Source: an uncultured Gemmatimonadales bacterium (GTDB lineage Bacteria; Gemmatimonadota; Gemmatimonadetes; Longimicrobiales; Gaopeijiaceae). From it: a stretch of 64,000 nucleotides of DNA. Both the position numbers and the translations under genes were made by a program. Location: positions 1,344,001-1,408,000 of the forward strand of contig CAWELD010000003.1 of the NCBI GenBank assembly GCA_963809895.1, in the 5' to 3' direction. Below are positions 39,473 through 50,637 of this stretch, in pieces (the stretch's first letter is position 1; each line of letters opens with the position of its first letter). The notes beneath the pieces were generated by a model that was given only the letters and a program-made list of their open reading frames with translations, searched no databases and was not told the DNA's origin.

Positions 39473-40777
39473 TCACACGCCGGTGAGGGCGCCCTCCTCC
39501 TCGGCCTTGGTGGCGACCTGCTGCTTGACCCAGGCCGTGGACACCGACTTCGGCCGCGTGATGGCCTCCATCATGGCCCGGCTCATGACGAGCTGCGAGC
39601 AGATCCCCATGGCACGGCTGACGCTGAAGAGCACCGTGTAGAAGCGCATCTCCGTGATGCCGTAGTGGTAGAGCAGCGAGCCGGAGCCCGCGTCCACGTT
39701 GGGCCACGGGTTGGCGGCCTTGCCGTGCTCCTCGAGGACCTTGGGGATCACCTCGAAGCCCACGTCCACGGTCTTGAAGACCGGGTCCTCCGGGAAGTGC
39801 TTCTTGCCGAAGGCGTGGAAGGCCGTGAAGCGGGGATCCGTGGCCCGCAGCACCGCGTGCCCGTAGCCCGGAACCACCCGGCCGTTGTTCAGCGTCTCCC
39901 AGGTGAACTCCTCCATCTGCTTCGGCGTGGGCGGACCGTTGAAGCGCTCCATGACGCCCAGCACGAACTTGAGGCACTCCTGATTGGCCAGTCCGTGCAG
40001 CGGGCCTGCCAGCCCCGAGAGCCCGGCGGACACCGCGTAGTACGGATCGGACAGGGCCGACGCCACCACATGCGCGGTGAAGGCGCTCACGTTGCCGCCC
40101 TCGTGGTCGCTGTGCAGGACCATGTACAGGCGCATGAGGTCCGCGAACTCGGGATCGTCGTTGCCCAGCATGTGGGCGAAGTTCTCGGACCAGCCCAGCG
40201 ACGGATCGGACTCGATGAGGTCGCCCTTGTCGTACCGGATCCGGTACACGCCGGCGGCCAGCGCAGGCAGGCGGGCCAGCAGGTTGAGGCTGTCTTCGAG
40301 CGCCGGCTTCCAGTAGTCCTCCTTCTTCATGCCCTCGTCGTAGCGACGGCGGAAGACCGACTCCTCTTCGAGGATGGCGATGGCCGTCACCAGCATGTCC
40401 ATGGGATGCGCCGTGTGCGGCATGTCCCGCAGGACCTTCCAGACGTACTCGGGCACCCTGGAGCGCGCGTGCAGCTCGTCGCGGAGCCAGTCCAGCTGAT
40501 CCTGCTCCGGCAAGTCACCCACCACGAGGAGGAAGAAGATCTCCTCGGCGCTCCGGTGGGCGAGATCGGCGATGGGGATCCCCCGAATGATGAGGCCCTT
40601 GTAGGGGTCCACCAGCGACGTGTCGCAGACGAGGCCTTTGACGCCCCGCATGCCCCCGTAGGCCTGCTTGACCGTCACCTGTGAGATGACGGTGTCTCCG
40701 TGGTTTCGGACGAGATCCGAGATCTCCTCGCGCCAGGCGGGAATGCGCCGGCCGAGGGCTCGTTCAATGGTCGGCAT
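39473..40777 (-). CDS. Citrate (Si)-synthase, eukaryote-like type
   Basis: YGGMRG, HSDHEGGNVSA, LAGPLHGLANQE, PGYGHAVLR, NPWPNVDA. Confidence 0.93.
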   Translation of the reverse strand: MPTIERALGRRIPAWREEISDLVRNHGDTVISQVTVKQAYGGMRGVKGLVCDTSLVDPYKGLIIRGIPIADLAHRSAEEIFFLLVVGDLPEQDQLDWLRDELHARSRVPEYVWKVLRDMPHTAHPMDMLVTAIAILEEESVFRRRYDEGMKKEDYWKPALEDSLNLLARLPALAAGVYRIRYDKGDLIESDPSLGWSENFAHMLGNDDPEFADLMRLYMVLHSDHEGGNVSAFTAHVVASALSDPYYAVSAGLSGLAGPLHGLANQECLKFVLGVMERFNGPPTPKQMEEFTWETLNNGRVVPGYGHAVLRATDPRFTAFHAFGKKHFPEDPVFKTVDVGFEVIPKVLEEHGKAANPWPNVDAGSGSLLYHYGITEMRFYTVLFSVSRAMGICSQLVMSRAMMEAITRPKSVSTAWVKQQVATKAEEEGALTGV

Positions 40778-40900
40778 TGCGACCTCCCTCCGACTGTGGA
40801 GTCGCGGCGCAACGTCACGGCTCCGGTTCTTGATGGCTCGAATCCAGGAGGGATTTCGGCGTACCCAAAACCTCCGATTTCCAGGCCAGGAGCCACAAGC

Positions 40901-40939
40901 GGGGGATTCCCCTTTCGTTCGGTAGGGGGGATTCCCCTA
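40901..40939. promoter_or_regulatory. Two palindromic GGGGATTCCCC sites
   Basis: gggggattcccct at 40901-40913 and 40926-40938. Confidence 0.5.
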
Positions 40940-40944
40940 CAGCT

Positions 40945-41004
40945 TTGCATTTTCCTGTCTTCGGTGTATATTCGGGTCACCATTGATACCGAACAAAACC
41001 CGAA
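40945..41004 (+). promoter_or_regulatory. dnaE2 promoter with two TTCGG-N6-TTCGG boxes
   Basis: TTGCAT-16-TATATT; box at 40960-40975 and inverted box ccgaa-caaaac-ccgaa at 40989-41004. Confidence 0.7.
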
Positions 41005-41018
41005 ATCCAGGGGATGCC

Positions 41019-44000
41019 GTGCCCGCTCCTTCCGGCTACGTGGAGCTCCATTGCCACTCGGGCTTCTCCTTTCTGGATGGGGCGTCCCATCCCGAGGAGC
41101 TGGTGCTCGCGGCCCGGGAGCTGGGCTACCCTGCGCTGGCCCTCACCGATCACGACGGCCTGCACGGCGCCATGGAGTTCGCGCAGAGCGCGCGCACCCA
41201 CGGGCTGCAACCCATCACCGGCGTCGAGCTCACGTTGCGGGATTGTTTCCCGGAGGCCTCCACTCCGTCGCCCACGTCCTCGCCTCCGCCGGGGTCCGTT
41301 TTCGGGCGCGGGGCCGTGGACGGGGGTGAAGCGCCGCTGCCTCCGTCGTGGCCCGTGAGCGGGCACCACGTCACGCTGCTGGCGGAAACCCCCACCGGCT
41401 ACGCGAACCTGTGCCGGCTGGTGACGAAGGCCCGCATGGAGAGTCCACGGGACGCGCCATCGCTTCCCTTCTCCACCCTCCTGGAGCCGGAGCGCGCGCA
41501 GGGGCTGATCTGCCTGAGCGGCTGTCGGCGGAGCCCGCTGCTGGCCGCGCTGGAGAGCAGTCAGGCCCAGGGAGAGGCGTTGGCGCGCCGGCTGCTGGAA
41601 GCCTTCGGCCCGGGACGCTTGTTCGTGGAGCTCCAGGACAACCGGGCCCGGGGCGACGCGGCCCGGGGCAAGCTCCTGGGACGCCTGGCCGAGCGGCTCA
41701 GCCTGCCGGTGGTGGCCACGGGCAACGTCCACTACCACCGCCAGTCGCGACACCGGCTGCAGGACGTGCTGGTGGCCATCCGCCACCGCAGCACGCTGGA
41801 CGGGTCCCACGCGGTGCGTCGGCCCAACCGCTGCTACCACCTGGCCTCGCCCGCCGAGATGGCCCACCGCTTCCGGAGCCGGCCCGACGCGCTGGCCAAC
41901 ACCCTGTTGCTGGCGGAGCGCTGCGCCGACTTCGACCTCACCCGGGATCTGGGCTACGAGTTCCCGGACTTCGAGGGCAGCGAGCGCGGGGGCGCACTGG
42001 AAACGCTGGCGGCGGTGTGCCTGGCGAAGCTGGCCGAGCGCTACGAGCCGGGCTCGGCGCTGGAGCGGGACGCCGAGGAACGCCTGCACCAGGAGCTCAA
42101 GCTGGTGGACCTGCACGGCCTGGCCGGCTTCTTCCTGGTCTACCGGGACATCATGAACCTGGCCCGGGAGGTGGCGCTGGAGGTGCGGGGCGAGGCCCCC
42201 CGGGCCCGCTCCAACCTGCCGCCGGGCCGCGGACGGGGCTCGTCGGTCTCGTCCATCATCTGCTACCTCATCGGCCTCTCCCACGTGGATCCGGTGAAGG
42301 CGGACCTCTTCCTGGGGCGCTTCCTCAACGAGGCGCTCCGCAGCGTGCCGGACATCGACCTGGATTTTCCCCGTGACATCCGTGAGGCGCTCATCCTCCG
42401 GGTCTACGAGCGCTACGGCCAGGAGCACGCCGGACTGGTGTGCACCTTTCCCACCTACCGGCTGCGCTCGGCGGTGCGCGAGGTGGGCAAGGTGCTGGAC
42501 CTGCCCCAGGGCGAGCTGGAGAAGCTGGCCAAGCTGGCGGAGCACCGCTCGGCCACGGGCCTCAAGGAAGAGCTGGAGACGCTCCCCGAGTTCCGGGACA
42601 AGGCCCGTTCACCGCTGTGGCAGGCGCTGGGTGGGCTGGCCGAGGAGATCGCCGGCCTGCCGCGCCACGTCTCGCAGCACGTGGGGGGGATGATCATCTC
42701 CTCGCGTCCGCTGGTGGAGATCGTGCCCCTGGAGCCCGCGGCCATGGAAGGGCGGGTGCTCTGCCAGTGGGACAAGGATTCCTGTGACGATGCCGGCTTC
42801 ATCAAGATCGACTTCCTGGCGCTGGGAATGCTGTCGCTGGTGGAGGACGCCGTGGACCTCATCGCCGAGCGCGACGGCGCGCCCCCGGACCTGGCCCGCA
42901 TCGACTACCGGGACGAGGCCGTCTACGACCGCATCTGCGCCGGCGACACGGTGGGGCTCTTCCAGGTGGAGAGCCGGGCCCAGATCCAGATGATCCGGCG
43001 CGTGCGCCCCCGGGACCTGGAGGCGCTGGCCATCCAGGTGGCCATCGTGCGGCCCGGGCCCATCGTGGGCGGCGCCGTGAATCCCTACGTGCGCCGCCGC
43101 GAGATGCTCCGCGAGGACCCGGATTTCGAGGTCCCCTACGACCACCCGCTCCTGGCGGACGCGCTGGGGGAGACGCTGGGCGTCATCATCTTCCAGGACC
43201 AGGTGCTGAAGGTGTGCCAGGCGCTGGCGGGCTTCAGCGACGGCCAGGCCGAGGACCTGCGCCGGGCCATGAGCCGCAAACGCTCCAAGGAAGCCATGCA
43301 GGCGCACTGGGACGCCTTCCAGCGGGGCGCCGCCGAGCGTGGCGTGGACGAGACCACCGCCCGCAAGGTCTTCGACCAGGTGTCGGCGTTCAGCGAGTTC
43401 GGCTTTCCCAAGTCCCACGCCGCGGCCTTCGGGCTCCTGGCCTACCAGTCGGCGTGGCTGCGGCACTACCATCCCGTGGAGTACTACGTGGCGCTCTTCA
43501 ACAACCAGCCCATGGGCTTCTACTCGCTGGACGCCCTGGGCCGGGACGCCCGCCGCAACGGCATCGGTATCCTCCTGCCCGACGTGAACCGGAGCCGGGT
43601 GGCGTGCACCGCCGAAGGCGACGGCCTGCGCGTGGGGCTGGGCTTCGTGCGAGGGCTGGGTCAGGAGATGGCCGAGCAGGTGGTGGCGGAGCGCGAGCGC
43701 CACGGAGCCTTCGCCTCGCTGGTGGATTTCCTGCGCCGCACCCCGGCCACCCTCAAGCGCCCGGTAATCGAGAATCTCGTGTGGGTCGGGGGATTCGAGG
43801 GGCTGGGGCTCACGCGCCGGGAGCTGTTGTGGCAGACCGGGCTGTGGCTGGGGCCCGAATCCGACGCCCGCCGGGCCGGCGGCCGCGACGATCATCCGCA
43901 GCGGGAGCTTCCCCTGGACGAGCCCTACGCCGGTCTGGCCTTCGGCGATCTGGACGATGCCGACCGCATGGTGGCCGAGTACCGCATGCTGCGCTTTTCC

Positions 44001-44465
44001 ACCCGGCTGCACCCTCTGTCGGTGCTCCGGGACCGGCTCCCTCCGGACACGGTGTCCTCGAGCCGTTTTCCCGATCTTCCGCAGCGCGCCACCGTGCGCG
44101 TCGCGGGATTGGTCACCGCTCGACAAAGACCTTCGACTGCAAAGGGCTATGTCTTTGTCTTGATGGAAGATGAGGACGGTGCCATCAACGTGATCGTGAA
44201 GCCTGATGTCTACGCGAAGCACCGGTCGGTGATCCGCATGGAGCCGTTCCTCACCGTGCGGGGACGGCTGCAGAAGGACGGCGCCACCATGAACGTCATC
44301 GCCTTCGAGGTGGACGCGGTACGCGCCGACCGGGGGCCCGATCCCTCGGTGCTCCACCCCGCCCTGCCGGAGACGCTGGAGTACTGGGGGCGGGACGGCG
44401 CGAACCCGTACCGCTACCTCACGGCGCTCCGGCAATCCCCTCCCGGTGTGAAGAGCTGGGGATGA
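41019..44465 (+). CDS. dnaE2: Error-prone DNA polymerase III alpha (DnaE2/ImuC)
   Basis: YVELHCHSGFSFLDGASHPEEL, PDIDLDF, HVSQHVGG, QWDKD, KIDFLALGML, NNQPMGFY, RQRPSTAKG. Confidence 0.95.
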   Translation: MPAPSGYVELHCHSGFSFLDGASHPEELVLAARELGYPALALTDHDGLHGAMEFAQSARTHGLQPITGVELTLRDCFPEASTPSPTSSPPPGSVFGRGAVDGGEAPLPPSWPVSGHHVTLLAETPTGYANLCRLVTKARMESPRDAPSLPFSTLLEPERAQGLICLSGCRRSPLLAALESSQAQGEALARRLLEAFGPGRLFVELQDNRARGDAARGKLLGRLAERLSLPVVATGNVHYHRQSRHRLQDVLVAIRHRSTLDGSHAVRRPNRCYHLASPAEMAHRFRSRPDALANTLLLAERCADFDLTRDLGYEFPDFEGSERGGALETLAAVCLAKLAERYEPGSALERDAEERLHQELKLVDLHGLAGFFLVYRDIMNLAREVALEVRGEAPRARSNLPPGRGRGSSVSSIICYLIGLSHVDPVKADLFLGRFLNEALRSVPDIDLDFPRDIREALILRVYERYGQEHAGLVCTFPTYRLRSAVREVGKVLDLPQGELEKLAKLAEHRSATGLKEELETLPEFRDKARSPLWQALGGLAEEIAGLPRHVSQHVGGMIISSRPLVEIVPLEPAAMEGRVLCQWDKDSCDDAGFIKIDFLALGMLSLVEDAVDLIAERDGAPPDLARIDYRDEAVYDRICAGDTVGLFQVESRAQIQMIRRVRPRDLEALAIQVAIVRPGPIVGGAVNPYVRRREMLREDPDFEVPYDHPLLADALGETLGVIIFQDQVLKVCQALAGFSDGQAEDLRRAMSRKRSKEAMQAHWDAFQRGAAERGVDETTARKVFDQVSAFSEFGFPKSHAAAFGLLAYQSAWLRHYHPVEYYVALFNNQPMGFYSLDALGRDARRNGIGILLPDVNRSRVACTAEGDGLRVGLGFVRGLGQEMAEQVVAERERHGAFASLVDFLRRTPATLKRPVIENLVWVGGFEGLGLTRRELLWQTGLWLGPESDARRAGGRDDHPQRELPLDEPYAGLAFGDLDDADRMVAEYRMLRFSTRLHPLSVLRDRLPPDTVSSSRFPDLPQRATVRVAGLVTARQRPSTAKGYVFVLMEDEDGAINVIVKPDVYAKHRSVIRMEPFLTVRGRLQKDGATMNVIAFEVDAVRADRGPDPSVLHPALPETLEYWGRDGANPYRYLTALRQSPPGVKSWG

Positions 44466-44500
44466 GCGGCGCGCCCTTCGCCCGTGGCCTGCTGTCCGGT

Positions 44501-47185
44501 CTACTCGGTCCGGAGCGCCTCCACGGGATCGACCCGGGTCGCCCGACGAGCGGGCAGGAGCGTGGCCAGCACCGTCACGATCAGCAGGAGCGCCACCACC
44601 CCCGCCAGCACCGCGGGGTCCCGAGGCTGCACCTGGTAGAGCAGACTGGCGACGACCTTTCCGCCCACCAGCGACGCCCCCACGCCGATGATCAGCCCCA
44701 GCAGCGCCGGCCGGAGGCCCTGAAGGACCACCATCCAGCGCACTCTGGCCGTGGCCGCTCCCAGCGCGACCCGGATCCCGATCTCCCGCATGCGCCGGGA
44801 CACCAGATACGACACCACCCCGTACAGTCCCACCGCCGCCAGGACCACCGCGAGCGCCGCGAACAGCCCCACCAGGCTCATGTAGAAGCGCGTGGTGGCG
44901 GTCTCCCGCCGAACGGCCTGGCTCAGCGTCTCCACGCGGGCCAGCGGCACGTTGGGATCCATGGAATGAACCACGTCCCGCGCCGCCTGCACCAGACCCG
45001 TGGCCCCGGCGCGGCCCCGCAGGTGCACGGTCATGAAGCCGGGACCGAACTGGGCATGGGGCACGAAGACGGCCGCCACCGGATCCGCGGTGAGCCCCTG
45101 CCGGATGTCCTTCGCGACCCCGACGATCGTCCAGGTCGGGCTCCCGTAGCCGAAGCTGGCCGTGATGTAGACCCGTTGGCCGATGGGATCCTCGTTGGGG
45201 AAGTTCTGCCGCACGAAGGTCTCGTTGACCACCGCCACGGGCTCGGTCTCGGCCTGATCGGTGGCCTCGATGCCCCGGCCTCTCAGCACCTGCATGCCCA
45301 GCGTGGACATGAACCCCGGCGTCACCGGGTGGATGGAGGCGTACGTTTCTTCGCCGGGCTCGGGCTCGGGCCTGCCCTCGATCTCGACGCCGCCGGTGAT
45401 GTTGCCACGGCCCATGGGCGGTCCGTACGCCGACCCCACCGACTCCACGCCAGGGAGCGCGGCCAGGCGGCTCTCGAGCTCTCGATAGAAGCCGCTCACC
45501 ACGGGGAGGGTGTCATAGCGGGAGCTGGGAATCGACAGCGTGAAGCGCACCACCTCCCGCTCGCTGAACCCCATGTCCACCGAGGTGAGCTCGGAGAGGC
45601 TCCGGATGAAGAGGCCGGCCCCGGTGAGGAGCACCACGGAGAGCGCCACCTCACCCGCCAGCAGGAGCGAGCGGGAGCGCGCCTCCCGCCGGTCCTGACC
45701 CGAGCGGGCGGCCCCACCCAGGTCCCGCGCCGGCGAGGTGCGCGCCAGGTGCAGCGCGGGCGCCAGACCGAAGAGCAGGGTGACCCCCGCCGTGACGAGC
45801 AGGGTGAACCCGAGCACGCGCCCGTCCAGCCCGACCTCGTTCAGGCGTGGCACGGTGCCTTCGGGTACGAAGTGGAGGGCCGCGATCCCCAGTCGGGCGA
45901 GGCCCAGCCCCAGGAGTGCTCCGGTGATCGCCAGCACCAGGCTCTCGGCCAGCACGCTGGCCAGCACGCGCCGGGGCGCCGCACCCAGCGCGGTGCGCAC
46001 CGCCACTTCGGAGCGGCGGGTGGCGCCCCGGACCAGGAGCAGGTTGGCCACGTTGGCGCACGCGATCAGCAGCACGACCCCCACGGCCCCCAGCAGGACC
46101 AGGAGACCACGTCGGACGTCGCCCACCCGGTAGTCGGCCAGGGACTCGAGGCGAAAGCCCTGCTGGAAGTTGGAGTCCGGATAGGTGTCGCTCAAGCTCG
46201 CCGCCAGCGCGTCCATCTCCTGCCCTGCCTGGGCCTGCGTAGCGCCGGGCGCCAGTCGCGTCACGGCGCGGAAGATGTGGCAGCCGCGTCCGCACCCCTC
46301 CGGGTTCAGACGATAGGGGATCCAGACCTGCGCCTTGTCCGGAAAGTCGAAGCCCGGCGGCGCCACGCCCACGATCTGGTAGGTCACCTCGGCGATCTCG
46401 AGCGTGGATCCGATGACATCCGGGTTGCCGCCGAGACGGTCGCGCCAGAAGCCGTAGCCCACCATGGCCACAGTGGGCCCGTCCGCCACGTTCTCGTCTT
46501 GCCGGATGTCGCGTCCCTGATAGGGGCTCAGCCCCATGACGTCCAGAAGGCCGCCGGTGACGCGCGCACCTTCGACCTGTACGGGCTCCTCGCCGCCCGT
46601 GAGCGTGAAGGTGCTGGTGGCGTAGCCCTGGATATCCTCGATGGCGCCGAGCTCCCGCACGCTCTCGATGTCCGGCTGCGACATGACGCTCCGCCCGGGC
46701 TCCTGGGTCGTGTCGTAGGCCCAGGTCATGAAGAGGCCGTCGGGGTCCGGGTAGGGCAGCGGCCTCAGCAGCACCGCGTCCACGACGCTGAAGATGGCGG
46801 TGTTCGCGCCGATGCCCAGCGCCAGGGTGAGGACGGCCACGGCCGCGAAGCCCGGGCGTCGCCGGAGGGCGCGGAAGGCGAAACGGAGCTCCTGGATCAC
46901 CACGTCCACGAGGGGACTCCTGTCATGGGAGGATGGAGATGAAGGTGGAAGCGGTGTCGGTGCCAGACGCTCCCGCATCCCCACCCACACCACCCCTGTC
47001 AGGCTGCGCCACAGAAAGCCGACGCGACGCAATCCACGCCGCTCGACCAGGCCGTCCCGGACCGTCTGTGCCATGGCATCGGCGAAGCGCCGCCGGAACG
47101 CCGACGGCACCGTCGCCAACGCCAGGCGCAGGAGCTGACGCTCCAACGCCCCCGGCGGCCGGCCCATGCCCGGTCCGGCGGTCAT
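44501..47185 (-). CDS. Duplicated MacB/FtsX-type ABC permease (ADOP-like)
   Basis: [50 protein letters not shown]. Confidence 0.93.
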   Translation of the reverse strand: MTAGPGMGRPPGALERQLLRLALATVPSAFRRRFADAMAQTVRDGLVERRGLRRVGFLWRSLTGVVWVGMRERLAPTPLPPSSPSSHDRSPLVDVVIQELRFAFRALRRRPGFAAVAVLTLALGIGANTAIFSVVDAVLLRPLPYPDPDGLFMTWAYDTTQEPGRSVMSQPDIESVRELGAIEDIQGYATSTFTLTGGEEPVQVEGARVTGGLLDVMGLSPYQGRDIRQDENVADGPTVAMVGYGFWRDRLGGNPDVIGSTLEIAEVTYQIVGVAPPGFDFPDKAQVWIPYRLNPEGCGRGCHIFRAVTRLAPGATQAQAGQEMDALAASLSDTYPDSNFQQGFRLESLADYRVGDVRRGLLVLLGAVGVVLLIACANVANLLLVRGATRRSEVAVRTALGAAPRRVLASVLAESLVLAITGALLGLGLARLGIAALHFVPEGTVPRLNEVGLDGRVLGFTLLVTAGVTLLFGLAPALHLARTSPARDLGGAARSGQDRREARSRSLLLAGEVALSVVLLTGAGLFIRSLSELTSVDMGFSEREVVRFTLSIPSSRYDTLPVVSGFYRELESRLAALPGVESVGSAYGPPMGRGNITGGVEIEGRPEPEPGEETYASIHPVTPGFMSTLGMQVLRGRGIEATDQAETEPVAVVNETFVRQNFPNEDPIGQRVYITASFGYGSPTWTIVGVAKDIRQGLTADPVAAVFVPHAQFGPGFMTVHLRGRAGATGLVQAARDVVHSMDPNVPLARVETLSQAVRRETATTRFYMSLVGLFAALAVVLAAVGLYGVVSYLVSRRMREIGIRVALGAATARVRWMVVLQGLRPALLGLIIGVGASLVGGKVVASLLYQVQPRDPAVLAGVVALLLIVTVLATLLPARRATRVDPVEALRTE

Positions 47186-47535
47186 GCCGGATCGGCTCCC
47201 TCGAGCAGCGCCCGGGCCCGGGCCAGATGGACCAGCTCGGCCATGCGCCGGGCCTCGGCCTCGGCCAGCTCCCGGCCCTGAGCCGTGAGACCGTAATAGC
47301 GCCGCGGCCGGCCCCGATGCGCGTCGGGCGCCTCGTCCGGCGTGGGGCGCTCCTGGACCAGCTCCCGAGCCATGAGCCGGGCCAGGACCCGGTACAGGGT
47401 CCCCACGTCGGGCGCCAGGCGCCCGGACGACTGCTCTTCGACGGACTTCATGAGCGCATAGCCGTACGAGTCGCCCTCCACCAGCGCCACGAGGACGTGG
47501 AATTCCAGGGGGGTCAGGGGCAGAGCATCACTCAC
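47182..47535 (-). CDS. PadR family transcriptional regulator
   Basis: FHVLVAL...YGYALM...GTLYRVL...RRYYGLT. Confidence 0.92.
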   Translation of the reverse strand: MSDALPLTPLEFHVLVALVEGDSYGYALMKSVEEQSSGRLAPDVGTLYRVLARLMARELVQERPTPDEAPDAHRGRPRRYYGLTAQGRELAEAEARRMAELVHLARARALLEGADPA

Positions 47536-47574
47536 GGGGTCCTCCGGCCAGCAGGATCGGCACCGGGTCGTCAT

Positions 47575-47609
47575 TACATGTACGACCACATATATGTCAC
47601 CAACATGTA
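47575..47609. promoter_or_regulatory. AT-rich palindromic operator upstream of padR
   Basis: tacatgt-acgacc-acatatatgt-cacca-acatgta. Confidence 0.6.
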
Positions 47610-47834
47610 TAGACGCGAGAAACGGGTCAACGGTTGCACCGCCGATCTTGGTGCCCGCGTCGGATCCCGGTAGAGTGGGGCATGCGCTACCGAGAGCATC
47701 GCCCGTCCCCGCCGGGGCAGCTCCGAGCCGAGGTGGATGGCGATGCCCCGGCGTGACGCATTCCTTCAAGACCGCGGTCGCCGGATCCACCATCTTCCAG
47801 CCGTCATCGCTCTCCCCGGACAAGGAGTCCCGAG

Positions 47835-48224
47835 TTGAAGAAGCTGACCCCCATCATCAGCGTCGAATCCATCGAGCCGTGTCTGCCCTTCTGGACCGAG
47901 CGCCTCGGCTTCGACGTGACCGTGACCGTCCCGCACGAAGACGCCCTGGGCTTCGCCATCCTCCAGAAGGACGGGGTGGAGATCATGTACCAGACGCGAG
48001 CCAGCATCGACGCGGATCTGCCCGCCATCACCGACGAGATGATGCGCGGCAAGCCGACGCTCTTCGTGGAGGTGGAGACGCTGGATCCGGTGGTGGAGGC
48101 GCTGGAGGGCGCCGACATCGTGGTGCCCCGGCGCACGACCTTCTACGGCATGGACGAGATCTTCGTGCGGGCGCCCTGCGGGACCATCGTGGGCTTCGCG
48201 GCATCCAGCGGCGAGACCGACTGA
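47835..48224 (+). CDS. VOC/glyoxalase family protein
   Basis: LTPIISV...FWTERLGF...TFYGMDEIFVRAPCG. Confidence 0.85.
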   Translation: MKKLTPIISVESIEPCLPFWTERLGFDVTVTVPHEDALGFAILQKDGVEIMYQTRASIDADLPAITDEMMRGKPTLFVEVETLDPVVEALEGADIVVPRRTTFYGMDEIFVRAPCGTIVGFAASSGETD

Positions 48225-48228
48225 AGCC

Positions 48229-49126
48229 TCAGGCGCGGCGCTCCAGATAGCGCCGCACGCCGGCGTAGTCGGTGGCCGCGGAGAAGCTGCCGAAGTAGCG
48301 GTCGATGCGCTCCCGGGGCAGGTGCAGCGCCTGCTCCGCCCGCACCTCCTCTTCGAAGGCCTCGGCGTCGCGGTCCGCGTCCCCTCGTTCCAGCGCGTCC
48401 TGCACCCTGCGGGCCAGGGCGCGAAGACCGGCTGCGGAGCCCCTCCACCCGACTCGCCACGTCGGCGTGCATGCCGAAGTGGCTCACGACCGCGCGTTCC
48501 GGGCTCACGCGCTCCAGCGAGTCCAGCGTGTCCTCCCATGCCGCCAGATCGACAGCAGGTGGCGGCGTGGGTGGATGCGTGGGACTCTCGGGCGACAGGA
48601 TGATCCCCAGCGCGTCGCCGGCCACCAGCACGCCGTCCACCTCGTCCAGGTAGGCGAGGTGATGGCCGATGTGGCCCGGTGTGGGCAGGGCGCGCAGCCA
48701 CGGGAGCGGACCTCGCTCGCGGGGCCGCCACACCCGTATCCGGTGCTCCGGCACCGGGATCACCTCGCCCCACAGCCGGTCGTGAGCCTCGCCGAAGGTG
48801 CGGCGCGTACTGGCGACCAACCGCTCCGGCGACACCAGGTGAGGCGCACCCTCCTCGTGGATGTGGAGCTGGAGCCGGGGAAAGCGCCGAGCGAGGTGCC
48901 CCGCGGCACCGGCATGATCCAGGTGGACGTGGGTCAGGCAGAGGTGCCGGACCTCGCTCAGGGGCATCCCCGCCTCGCCGGCGGCGGACTCCAGGCGATC
49001 CAGCGTGGTGGCCGGACCGGGATCCACCAGCACCGGCTCCGGCTCCAGGATGAGCGTCGCCCCGATGGCGCCGGACAGACCCTGGTGCTCCAGGTCCAGC
49101 ACCCGCACGCGGCCCGGGCCGGTCAT
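48229..49126 (-). CDS. Metallo-beta-lactamase-fold hydrolase, apparent +1 frameshift near 48427
   Basis: THVHLDHAG, TPGH, GDA, SHFG; C-terminus LRALARRVQDAL...DYAGVRRYLERRA in a shifted frame. Confidence 0.88.
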
Positions 49127-49159
49127 GCGGCCTCCCGGATCAAAGGGAGGCGCCCACCG

Positions 49160-50470
<1,311 letters not shown>

Positions 50471-50637
50471 GGTTCCTCCGAATCGACACCGCCATGGGAG
50501 CGGCGGCAGGTAAGCGTTCGCAATTGCAGCCCCTTAATGTACGATCGGCGCGGGGCTTGCCCAAGCGGGGGTCACGGCGATGTGACCCCGACGCCGCCCG
50601 CCCCGCCGGAGGATCGCGGGGCGGGCGGGCTCGCAGG

